A stretch of DNA of 64,000 bases, from NCBI GenBank assembly GCA_041855205.1, contig JBHADT010000027.1:42301-106300 (forward strand), read 5' to 3'. Positions 52,777-61,667 of the stretch are shown piece by piece. The position numbers and the translations under genes are program-made. The notes under the pieces are model-generated. The model saw nothing but the letters and a program-made list of their open reading frames with translations. It was not told the origin of the DNA and did no database searches. Source of the stretch: Bacteroides sp. Lineage in GTDB: Bacteria > Bacteroidota > Bacteroidia > Bacteroidales > Bacteroidaceae. Numbering within the stretch: position 1 is the first letter of the stretch; each line of letters starts with the position of its first letter.

Positions 52777-55401
52777 ATGATAAGAGTTTTACGTATTTTA
52801 ATCTGGATTTTCGCAATCGTTCCGAGCGGAAAGATATATGCACAATCCGCCATTATGAGACTCACCCAGCCCCGGCTGATGAACGAAGTACGCTGCACAC
52901 CCTCTCCGGCAGACGGGCAACGGGTGTCTGTGAATCCTCCCCGTTTCATGTGGCCGGACAAGTTTCCTCATCTGGGCGCCGTGCTCGACGGTGTGGAGGA
53001 CGAACACCGCAAACCTCGGGTCACATACCGCATACGCATTGCCGCTGATCCGGCTTTCAGACAAGAGGTCATTACAGCCGAACGTTCGTGGGCTTTCTTC
53101 AATCCTTTCCGGACCTTCTCTCCGGGCAGGTATTATTGGCAACATGCTTACGTATCGCCCGAAGGGGAAGAAGAATGGTCGCCCGTGTACAGTTTTGAGG
53201 TAAACGAGAATACTCCCGTATTCAATCCGCCTTCTTATCATGAGCTGATTGACAAATTGCCGCGCACGCATCCCCGCATCTTGCTGGATGCGAACGGGTG
53301 GGACGAAATCATCGAACGCAATCTGAACAATCCGGAGGCGCAAAACTATCTGACCAAGGCGGAGAAGTGCATGAAACGCCCACTGAAAGGGCTGAACGAG
53401 GAAATAGACACTTCTGCCGTAGTAAAGCTGACCAACATCGTTCAATACAAGGCAGCCCTGATTCGTGAAAGCCGCAAGATAGTAGACCGCGAAGAGAAGA
53501 ATATCGAGGGACTGGTGCGTGCCTATCTGCTCAGTCGCAACCCCATATACTACAAAGAAGCCATGAAACGGCTGACAGAAGTACTTTCGTGGGCAGACAG
53601 CAAGTACTTCGCCGGCGACTTCAACCTCGGTACACTGCTCTCCATGAGCACATCGGCCTACGATGCCTTTTACCATCTGTTGACGGATGAGGAAAAAAAA
53701 CTTCTGCTGAGTTGCATTCGGGAAAACGGTGGCAGATTCTACAGCGAGTTCGTAAACCACCTGGAGAATCGCATTGCTGACAACCACGTCTGGCAGATGA
53801 CATTCCGCATTCTCACCATGGCGGCTTTCGCTACCTATGGCGAACTTCCCGAAGCGAGTGTGTGGACAGACTACTGCTACAACGAATGGGTATCTCGTTT
53901 TCCCGGCCTAAACAATGATGGAGGTTGGCATAACGGAGATTCATATTTCCAAGTGAACATCCGTACACTGATAGAGGTTCCGGCATTCTATCAACGCATC
54001 ACCGGATTCGACTATTTCGCGGATACCTGGTACAAAGGGAATATACGCTACGTCATCTACCAACAACCTCCCTTCTCCAAATCGGCAGGACAGGGAAACT
54101 CTCATGAGAACCAACGCAGACCTACGGGAGCGCGAGTAGGATATGCCGATGCGCTGGCACGGCAGTGCAACGACCCTTGGGCCACGGCATACGTGCGTTA
54201 CATCTGCGCACGCCAACCGGATATTCTGCAAACCTCGTTCGAGGCAAAACCTGCCGACCTCACATGGTATCGATGCATCACACCGAATAAACTTCCCGAA
54301 CAGACACGGACCTTAGCGGAACTGCCGCGTACACACGTTCATAACGAAACCGGAATCGCCGCAATGCACACAGCGCTTGAGCACCCTGAACGCAATGCCA
54401 TGCTCTCTTTCCGAAGCAGCTCTTACGGAAGCACCTCGCACGCCCATGCCAATCAAAACTCGTTCAACACCTTTTACGGAGGCAAGCCCATCTTTTACAG
54501 TAGCGGACATCGCACGGGCTTTACCGATGATCACAGTATGTATTCCTATCGCAACACCCGGGCGCACAACAGCATTCTGGTAAACGGTATGGGGCAGATT
54601 ATCGGTACCGAGGGTTATGGATGGATTCCACGCTGGTACGAGGGCGAGGAGATTTCGTACCTCGTAGGCGACGCCTCCAATGCCTATGGCAAGGTGACCT
54701 CTCCGCTATGGCTGAAACGCGCGCAATTGAGCGGTACGGAATTTACACCCGAAAAAGGCTGGGATGAAAACAGAGTAAATCTCTTCCGGAGACATATCAT
54801 TCAGTTGGGCGATACGGGAATATATGTTATCTACGATGAGTTGGAGGGCAAGGAGGATGTAAACTGGAGTTACCTGTTGCACACCACCGAGTTTCCAATG
54901 ACAATGGAGCGTACCTCCCCTGCAGCACTCATCGTGACGGGACGGAACAGTGCGGAAGGAGTTTCAAAGGCTCATCTTTTCTGTTCTTCATCTTTCAAAG
55001 AAGAAATTTCCGATGATTTTTTCAGCCCTCCCGCCAATTGGAAGAATGTAACGGACAAGGAAGGAAAAACGGTGAAATATCCCAACCATTGGCATTTCTC
55101 TGCCACCACCCTCTCCTCCCGGAAAGTACGTTTTCTTACAATCATCGACACTCACGGCAAGGAACGGACAGATTTAACCGTAAGCCGCCACGAGGATACA
55201 TGGGATATTGCAGGATGGAGAATCCGTTGCAACCTGACACCGGAAGGCAAAGCCTCCATAAGCATAGTGCATCCCAAGCGAAAAATCTCTCTGGAGTACG
55301 ATGCAGGTAAAAAAGAGGGAATCACGGCAATAAAGGATAAAGTAAAAGGAAAAATCGTGCGCAAGGAACTGAAAGATTTACTGCCGGACTTTGAAATATA
55401 A
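52777..55401 (+). CDS. Heparinase II/III-like exo-lyase (PL15-like, BT4652-like)
   Basis: Signal peptide; NPPRFMWP, HPRILL, NHVW, GGWHNG, SHAHANQNSF, AHNSILVNG. Confidence 0.82.
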   Translation: MIRVLRILIWIFAIVPSGKIYAQSAIMRLTQPRLMNEVRCTPSPADGQRVSVNPPRFMWPDKFPHLGAVLDGVEDEHRKPRVTYRIRIAADPAFRQEVITAERSWAFFNPFRTFSPGRYYWQHAYVSPEGEEEWSPVYSFEVNENTPVFNPPSYHELIDKLPRTHPRILLDANGWDEIIERNLNNPEAQNYLTKAEKCMKRPLKGLNEEIDTSAVVKLTNIVQYKAALIRESRKIVDREEKNIEGLVRAYLLSRNPIYYKEAMKRLTEVLSWADSKYFAGDFNLGTLLSMSTSAYDAFYHLLTDEEKKLLLSCIRENGGRFYSEFVNHLENRIADNHVWQMTFRILTMAAFATYGELPEASVWTDYCYNEWVSRFPGLNNDGGWHNGDSYFQVNIRTLIEVPAFYQRITGFDYFADTWYKGNIRYVIYQQPPFSKSAGQGNSHENQRRPTGARVGYADALARQCNDPWATAYVRYICARQPDILQTSFEAKPADLTWYRCITPNKLPEQTRTLAELPRTHVHNETGIAAMHTALEHPERNAMLSFRSSSYGSTSHAHANQNSFNTFYGGKPIFYSSGHRTGFTDDHSMYSYRNTRAHNSILVNGMGQIIGTEGYGWIPRWYEGEEISYLVGDASNAYGKVTSPLWLKRAQLSGTEFTPEKGWDENRVNLFRRHIIQLGDTGIYVIYDELEGKEDVNWSYLLHTTEFPMTMERTSPAALIVTGRNSAEGVSKAHLFCSSSFKEEISDDFFSPPANWKNVTDKEGKTVKYPNHWHFSATTLSSRKVRFLTIIDTHGKERTDLTVSRHEDTWDIAGWRIRCNLTPEGKASISIVHPKRKISLEYDAGKKEGITAIKDKVKGKIVRKELKDLLPDFEI

Positions 55402-55449
55402 GCCCGGCAATCCATAACAGTTGCCCGCACTCATTCTGACCTTCAGAAT

Positions 55450-57429
55450 TCAATTATTCTCTGGCAAGGGAAGCATCGGACGTCTTCCCTTGTTCAGTTT
55501 CAACCCCATCTTGTAGGCTTCCCCGCCGTACAGGTCTTCCATGTCGAGTTCACCCAAGTTGACAAGTATTCCCCTTACCATCAGGCCGGTATCTTCATTC
55601 TCCGTACGAGGAAGCGTACCGGCTTTTTCCTTCAGTTCGCCGACGTAAGCACGAATGGAGGGACGCATGGCCACATCCATCGAAAGAGCTTCCAAGAGCG
55701 AATAGCCTATTTTACGGTCTGCCTCGTTCGCCGGATAAATCAACCTTTCCAGTCCTTTTTCCGCTTCGCCCAAATAGGTTGTGGCGTAAGCCGCCTCACA
55801 AGCCACATACGGATTATCGTCGTTGAGCAGAGAGAGTAATCCGGGAGGACAGACATGCAGCTGTCCGGTCGTTCCCAGATGTGCCAACCCCACAGCAGCC
55901 CAATACCGCATTTCCGGCTTATCGCTTTCAAGTTTACTCTCTAAAAACGGTACATCATGTATGGTAGCCGTTCCCGCCAGTTCCACCAAAGCGTACAGCG
56001 AATCCAACGGATAATTTTCCTTCCTCACCTTATTGTAGAGTATCGTTCCCTCACGGGATGTGGGAAGGAAAAAGCCTAAGTCTTTCGTTTCACGCAAATG
56101 GGCGGACAGGCTGTTTCTGAAACACAGCAACTGCTCCCGACAGGCAGGTTTCTCGACCAGATTGTGAAGTTCAAACGGATCGGACTGCAAGTCGAAAAGC
56201 ATTTCTGCCGGATGAAGTCCGAAAGGTTGTTCCCACTCTTCCCGCCGGTCATTCCCTCCGAGTATCCACTTATCCCACGCCTTGTTTGAAGGCATTCCCC
56301 ACTGATAATAATTACGCAAGGCAAAACGACGGTACGGGATATAGCTGCGCAGATACTTATATCGTCCATCCCTGACGGCACGTACAGGCATGAAGTGGTG
56401 TAACTGATTGCTTGCCAAGCCAAACATTACTGCAGGTTTTTCCCCTACGGCATAAACGCCCATCAACGCCTTTCCCTGCATGTGTTCCGGTGGCTTTACT
56501 CCCGCAAGACTGAGTACCGAAGGCGCCAGATCCACAAAGTTTATCAACGTATCGTCTTTGGTTCCGGGCGCCATGGGAGCAAGATGTCTCCAACGTTCCG
56601 GGAAATAGACCACCATCGGAACATGCAGTCCCGTTTCGTACAGATACCCCTTTCCGCGCGGTTGGCAACCGCCATGATCGCTAAACACAAAAACAATGGT
56701 GTTTTCATCCAGACCGCGCCGTTTCAAGTCATCAAGAAAGAAACCGACCCATGTATCCACATCTTGCACTGCTTCCAAATGTCCGGCATAATCCGAGCGT
56801 ACTTCCGGCAAATCGGGTACGTGAGGAGGCAGAGAGAGTTGTTGCGGATAGATTCCCTCACGGGTGTAGTCGCGACGCCCTTCGGTATGAAATGTCCGTA
56901 TGCGTCCCATGTGCGAGGTCACCGTATTAAATACCGCAAAGAAAGGCTGATCCGCTCCACGCCGCGGGCTGTTGTATGTGGCTTTTCTTCCGCATTCGTC
57001 CCAGCACACGGAATTATCGGTAGTGGAGTTGTAATGCGTCTTACTGTTGTTTGTGCAATAGTAGCCCCGCTCACGCAACCATTTTGGGAAAAAGATATCC
57101 GATGGCGTATCGTACGGCACGGGATGCACATCCATACCGAAAGTAGTGGCATAACACCCGGTAATGAGCGACGAACGGGCTGCCGAACTCTGTGGAGCAG
57201 CAGACCATGCATTCATGAACTGTATGCCACGCGACGCCAAAGAGTCGATTCGGGGAGTGTGCACATGGGGATTGCCGTAACAGCCGAGTTCGTACGCGCT
57301 GGTGTCCTCGAAAGTGAGCCAGAGTATATTCGGGCGCTCGGTACGCTCGTCCACGGAGGTTACGGCTTTTGCATGGGTAAATGAAAGCAGCATGGCTGCC
57401 GGACAAAGGCAAATGCGGAAGTTTATCAT
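55450..57429 (-). CDS. Ser-type S1 sulfatase with C-terminal HEAT-like repeats (SGSH/sulfamidase-like)
   Basis: PNILWLTFED, SSAAR (SxAxR), KTHYN, FSDHG, RGKGYLYETG; VRYWAA-type helical tail. Start moved to MINFR at 57429. Confidence 0.8.
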   Translation of the reverse strand: MINFRICLCPAAMLLSFTHAKAVTSVDERTERPNILWLTFEDTSAYELGCYGNPHVHTPRIDSLASRGIQFMNAWSAAPQSSAARSSLITGCYATTFGMDVHPVPYDTPSDIFFPKWLRERGYYCTNNSKTHYNSTTDNSVCWDECGRKATYNSPRRGADQPFFAVFNTVTSHMGRIRTFHTEGRRDYTREGIYPQQLSLPPHVPDLPEVRSDYAGHLEAVQDVDTWVGFFLDDLKRRGLDENTIVFVFSDHGGCQPRGKGYLYETGLHVPMVVYFPERWRHLAPMAPGTKDDTLINFVDLAPSVLSLAGVKPPEHMQGKALMGVYAVGEKPAVMFGLASNQLHHFMPVRAVRDGRYKYLRSYIPYRRFALRNYYQWGMPSNKAWDKWILGGNDRREEWEQPFGLHPAEMLFDLQSDPFELHNLVEKPACREQLLCFRNSLSAHLRETKDLGFFLPTSREGTILYNKVRKENYPLDSLYALVELAGTATIHDVPFLESKLESDKPEMRYWAAVGLAHLGTTGQLHVCPPGLLSLLNDDNPYVACEAAYATTYLGEAEKGLERLIYPANEADRKIGYSLLEALSMDVAMRPSIRAYVGELKEKAGTLPRTENEDTGLMVRGILVNLGELDMEDLYGGEAYKMGLKLNKGRRPMLPLPENN

Positions 57430-57485
57430 AAGCGTATTCAGACTGGATGTATCGGATTCACGACGGATGGGAGTATTCATCGCAA

Positions 57486-57550
57486 CGAAATTAGAAAAGC
57501 CCTGGCTGTATGTCACGTTTATATGTTTCGGATAGTATCAAAATTGTTCA
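57486..57550 (-). promoter_or_regulatory. Putative promoter and activator box for the reverse-strand sulfatase
   Basis: Variant -7 TAATTTCG (57493-57486); upstream tgaacaattttgata matches tcaacgattttgaca (35482) at 12 of 15 positions. Confidence 0.45.
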
Positions 57551-57606
57551 AACAAACAGCTTCTCTGATGCTAAGATAGCCTGAATCAAAGTTGTAGGGC
57601 ATTTTT

Positions 57607-57637
57607 TTTGCCAACTTGGATAAATTACATAGTTTTG
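57607..57637 (+). promoter_or_regulatory. Promoter of pyrH-frr
   Basis: TTTG at 57607-57610 and TAGTTTTG at 57630-57637, 19 nt apart. Confidence 0.78.
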
Positions 57638-57658
57638 CGACACACTAAGCGTATAATT

Positions 57659-58369
57659 ATGGCAAAATACAACAGAATATTACTTAAACTCAGCGGAGAA
57701 AGTCTGATGGGAGAAAAACAATACGGTATTGATGAGAAACGTCTTTCCGAATATGCCTTACAGATAAAGGAAATACACGGAATGGGTGTACAAATAGGTA
57801 TTGTTATCGGAGGAGGAAATATCTTCCGCGGACTGAGCGGGGCAAACAAGGGATTCGACCGTGTGAAAGGAGATCAGATGGGTATGCTTGCCACCGTAAT
57901 CAATAGCCTGGCTCTGAGTTCGGCGCTTACTTCCATAGGGGTGAAAACACGCGTGCTGACAGCTGTCCGCATGGAGCCTATAGGAGAATTTTACAATAAA
58001 TGGAAAGCCATTGAAAGCCTGGAAGCCGGTGAAGTGGTGATTATGTCGGGCGGTACAGGTAATCCGTTCTTCACCACGGACACTGGTTCGTCGTTACGCG
58101 GCATCGAGATTGAAGCCGAAGTTATGCTTAAAGGCACACGGGTGGACGGTATCTACACTGCCGATCCGGAAAAAGACCCCACAGCCACCAAATTCACCGA
58201 AATCACGTATGACGAGGTATTGAAACGGGGATTAAAGGTAATGGATCTCACCGCCACTTGCATGTGCAAGGAAAACAACCTGCCCATCATTGTGTTCGAC
58301 ATGGACAGCGTGGGCAACCTGAAGAAAGTGATGAGCGGAGAAGAGATAGGTACTCTCGTACATAACTGA
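57659..58369 (+). CDS. pyrH: Uridylate kinase
   Basis: LLKLSGESL, GGGNIFRG, GTGNPFFTTD, DGIYTADP. Confidence 0.97.
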   Translation: MAKYNRILLKLSGESLMGEKQYGIDEKRLSEYALQIKEIHGMGVQIGIVIGGGNIFRGLSGANKGFDRVKGDQMGMLATVINSLALSSALTSIGVKTRVLTAVRMEPIGEFYNKWKAIESLEAGEVVIMSGGTGNPFFTTDTGSSLRGIEIEAEVMLKGTRVDGIYTADPEKDPTATKFTEITYDEVLKRGLKVMDLTATCMCKENNLPIIVFDMDSVGNLKKVMSGEEIGTLVHN

Positions 58370-58477
58370 AACCGGGAGCATCGCCCTTTATCCCTCTCAT
58401 CAAGAGAGTCGCTCCGCACACCGTTCGAATAAATCACCGAACAAGCATCGAATAAATTTTAATAAACCATATAAGAT

Positions 58478-59038
58478 ATGATAGACGTAAAAGACTGCCT
58501 GAACGAAGCACAGGAAAAGATGGATATGGCCATCATGTATTTGGAAGAAACGCTGGCTCATATTCGTGCCGGGAAAGCCGATGTACGCCTGTTGGATGGA
58601 ATCCGTGTAGATTCCTATGGAAGCATGGTTCCCATTAACAATGTAGCGGCCGTGAACACACCGGACGCCCGCAGCATCGCCATCAAGCCATGGGACAAAA
58701 GTATGTTCCGGGTTATCGAAAAAGCCATTATCGATTCTTCACTGGGGATTATGCCCGAAAACAATGGAGAAATTATCCGCATTGGAATTCCACCGCTTAC
58801 GGAAGAACGTCGTAAGCAACTCGCCAAACAATGCAAAAGCGAAACCGAAACAGCGAAAGTAAGCGTGCGAAATGCCCGCCGAGATGCAATAGATCAACTG
58901 AAAAAAGCTGTTAAAGACGGTTTGGCAGAGGATATGCAAAAAGACGCTGAAGGTAAATTGCAGAAGATGCACGACAAATTCATCAAGCAAATTGATGATA
59001 TGTTTACCGCCAAGGAAAAAGAAATCATGACTGTATAG
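58478..59038 (+). CDS. frr: Ribosome recycling factor
   Basis: [29 protein letters not shown]. Confidence 0.97.
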   Translation: MIDVKDCLNEAQEKMDMAIMYLEETLAHIRAGKADVRLLDGIRVDSYGSMVPINNVAAVNTPDARSIAIKPWDKSMFRVIEKAIIDSSLGIMPENNGEIIRIGIPPLTEERRKQLAKQCKSETETAKVSVRNARRDAIDQLKKAVKDGLAEDMQKDAEGKLQKMHDKFIKQIDDMFTAKEKEIMTV

Positions 59039-59058
59039 TCTCCATCACAAAGCCGGGA

Positions 59059-59115
59059 ACACACAAACCGTAGCCTCATTTGACAAAAAGATGAAAGAGA
59101 CCACGGTTTGTGTGT
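59059..59115. repeat. Stem-loop between frr and rsgA
   Basis: Perfect 13-bp arms acacacaaaccgt / acggtttgtgtgt; no U-tract. Confidence 0.65.
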
Positions 59116-59138
59116 GTACTCCCCACCACCGCAAGCGA

Positions 59139-60071
59139 ATGAAAGGATTGGTCATTAAGAACACAGGAAGTTGGTACCTGGTGAAAACAGAAGACGGCAG
59201 TAGCATTGAATGTAAAATCAAAGGCAACTTCCGCCTGAAAGGGATTCGCAGCACCAATCCCGTTGCAGTGGGAGACCATGTGAAAATAATCCGGAACCAG
59301 GAAGGAACTGCTTTCATCAGCGAAATCGAAGACCGGAAGAACTATATCATCCGGCGAGCGTCCAACCTCTCCAAGCAGTCCCATATTCTTGCCGCTAATC
59401 TGGACCAGTGCATGCTTCTCGTCACAGTGAATTATCCGGAAACATCCACCACGTTCATCGATCGTTTCCTTGCATCGGCAGAAGCCTATCGCATTCCGGT
59501 CAAAATCATCTTCAACAAGACAGACCTATACGATGCCCATGAATGCATCTACCTCGAAGGGCTTATCAACCTGTACACTTCCATAGGATACCCCTGTTTC
59601 AAGGTTTCCGCCCTTACCGGCGAAGGCATGGAAGCCATACTGCACGAACTGGAGGGACGGGTGACTTTACTATCGGGACATTCGGGGGTAGGGAAATCCA
59701 CGTTTATCAAGTCCATTCTACCGGAACAGAACATACGCATGGGAGAAATATCCGCATATCATAAAAAAGGGATGCACACCACCACTTTCTCTGAAATGTA
59801 TGAGATAGCCGGCAACGGATACCTTATAGACACACCCGGTATCAAAGGTTTCGGAACTTTCGATATGGAGGAAGAAGAAATAGGACACTACTTCCCCGAA
59901 ATCTTCCGTGTATCCGCCAATTGCCGATACAGTAACTGCACGCACAGGCACGAACCGGGATGTGCCGTGCAAGCCGCCATCAGTAATCACCACATCAGCG
60001 AATCGCGCTACACATCCTATCTCAGTATGCTGAACGATAAAGAGGAAAGCAAATATCGTTCGGGGCATTAA
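59139..60071 (+). CDS. rsgA: Small ribosomal subunit-dependent GTPase A
   Basis: Circularly permuted [20 protein letters not shown]; [14 protein letters not shown] zinc finger. Confidence 0.96.
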   Translation: MKGLVIKNTGSWYLVKTEDGSSIECKIKGNFRLKGIRSTNPVAVGDHVKIIRNQEGTAFISEIEDRKNYIIRRASNLSKQSHILAANLDQCMLLVTVNYPETSTTFIDRFLASAEAYRIPVKIIFNKTDLYDAHECIYLEGLINLYTSIGYPCFKVSALTGEGMEAILHELEGRVTLLSGHSGVGKSTFIKSILPEQNIRMGEISAYHKKGMHTTTFSEMYEIAGNGYLIDTPGIKGFGTFDMEEEEIGHYFPEIFRVSANCRYSNCTHRHEPGCAVQAAISNHHISESRYTSYLSMLNDKEESKYRSGH

Positions 60072-60205
60072 GCGCCTGTCGATTCAGAGTGAAAGCTATC
60101 CTTTCCAAGAAAAGCTCACTACGCCGTTTTGCTTTCCGATTATGTTTTACATCTTTCCTACTTGTTTTCCGTATCAATATGTTTTTCAACTAAACAAACA
60201 CCATT

Positions 60206-61303
60206 ATGAAGAGAATTATAATTTCGGGTTGTCTATTTCTGTTTGCAACGCTAAATGCGGCGTCACAAGAAACCACAGTGTACAAAGAGAAACAACCATA
60301 CAAAAACTGGGTAAGGTTAGCTTCCAAGTTGTCCGATGAGTTCTTCACCACTCCCGAAGCCATCCGTATCGCAGAGAACGTACTGTTGTATCAACACACC
60401 ACCGGAGGGTGGCCAAAGAACATCTATATGCCTGCCGAACTGAATCCGCAGGAAAAGGAAAAAGCCATCGCCTCTCAGGAGGACATTAATGAAAGTACAA
60501 TAGACAACGGAGCCACCATCACGGAGATACGTTACCTGGCACGTATCTACCGGGCAACGCAGGATGAGCGATACAAACAGGCAGCGATACGGGGCATCGA
60601 GTATCTACTCAACGCCCAATATGAGAACGGCGGATGGCCGCAATTCTGGCCTCGCTCGAAAGGCTACTACACACACATCACATACAACGACAACGCCATG
60701 GTGAACGTGATGCTTCTGTTGCGCGAAATCTACGAACAGAAAACACCTTATACTTTCTTACCCCAAAGCGTGGTGCAACGTGCCCGAACGGCTTTCGACA
60801 AGGGATTGGAGTGTATACTGAAGACACAAGTAAAGCAGAACGGCAAACTCACGGTGTGGTGTGCACAACACGATGAATACACGTTGGCTCCTGCAAAGGC
60901 TCGCGCTTATGAACTACCCTCGTTGAGCGGACAAGAATCCGATGACATCGTTATGCTGTTGATGTCTCTTCCTCATCCGTCGGCCGAGGTGATTCGGAGT
61001 GTGGATGGCGCCATAGAATGGTTTAAAGCTACGCGTATAGAGGGATTATGCAGAGAGTCCTTTACGGATGAGTCCGGAAGGAAAGATTACCGAATGATAC
61101 AGTGTACGGACGGTGAGCCTTTGTGGGCACGTTTTTATACACTGGACGATAACCGTCCTTTCTTCTGCGACCGGGATGGAGTAAAAAAATATGATGTGTC
61201 CGAGATAGGATACGAACGCCGGAACGGGTATAGTTGGTACAACAACGCCGGTACAAAAATTATCCGGAGATATGAGCAATGGAAAGAAAATCTTAATCAG
61301 TAA
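60206..61303 (+). CDS. Pectate lyase (PL10, PelA-like), secreted
   Basis: GGWPKN, TIDNGAT, GGWPQF, ITYNDNAM, WCAQHD, ARAYE, ERRNGYSW. Confidence 0.88.
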   Translation: MKRIIISGCLFLFATLNAASQETTVYKEKQPYKNWVRLASKLSDEFFTTPEAIRIAENVLLYQHTTGGWPKNIYMPAELNPQEKEKAIASQEDINESTIDNGATITEIRYLARIYRATQDERYKQAAIRGIEYLLNAQYENGGWPQFWPRSKGYYTHITYNDNAMVNVMLLLREIYEQKTPYTFLPQSVVQRARTAFDKGLECILKTQVKQNGKLTVWCAQHDEYTLAPAKARAYELPSLSGQESDDIVMLLMSLPHPSAEVIRSVDGAIEWFKATRIEGLCRESFTDESGRKDYRMIQCTDGEPLWARFYTLDDNRPFFCDRDGVKKYDVSEIGYERRNGYSWYNNAGTKIIRRYEQWKENLNQ

Positions 61304-61383
61304 GAAACATCGATTGCCTATAATGGGCAAAGCTGTATTGATACCCCGGTCAGGAATAATAAAGCAATAAAAAACATACTCAA

Positions 61384-61484
61384 AGCATATTCGAAAAACG
61401 ACACAGGCACGGTAGTCGAACCATACGGATATCTCTCCCGAACCGTACAAGTGCTGTTCCCGAAACCACACGGGCATGGTACGA
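61384..61484 (+). repeat. Dispersed intergenic repeat, copy E
   Basis: agcatattcgaaaaacgacacaggcacggtagtcgaacc…aaccacacgggcatggtacg; unit anchors at 61396, 61418, 61440, 61463 (22/22/23, as in copy A). Confidence 0.78.
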
Positions 61485-61580
61485 ACGGATCAATTTTCCA
61501 TCTCTATACATCACCTTTGTAAATCTTCAGATTCTGCCCGTCTCTTTCATTCCTTTCACCTTTAAACGGCAAGTAAACAG

Positions 61581-61615
61581 TAAGGGGCTATCCGGAAAAA
61601 GCGGATAGCCCCTTA
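61581..61615. terminator. Terminator hairpin between convergent pel and fumarase genes
   Basis: Perfect 14-bp stem taaggggctatccg / cggatagcccctta with 7-nt loop, in AT-rich flanks. Confidence 0.78.
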
Positions 61616-61667
61616 TAAAATATCTCTATAATTCAATAGTTCTAACTACCGACAGATTCTTCGGCTG

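Larger units (their letters stand above)
25773..57429. other. Heparin/heparan-sulfate polysaccharide utilization locus
   Basis: HTCS, PL12, SGBP, SusC, SusD, GH88, PL12, sulfatase, metallohydrolase, ROK, PL15 in the order recalled for B. thetaiotaomicron BT4663-BT4652; flanked by an extra SusC/SusD pair and an extra sulfatase. Confidence 0.88.

Noticed and set aside
58425-58457. tcgaataaat duplicated 23 nt apart upstream of frr
   Set aside because: Only two AT-rich 10-mers with no other support for a regulatory role.
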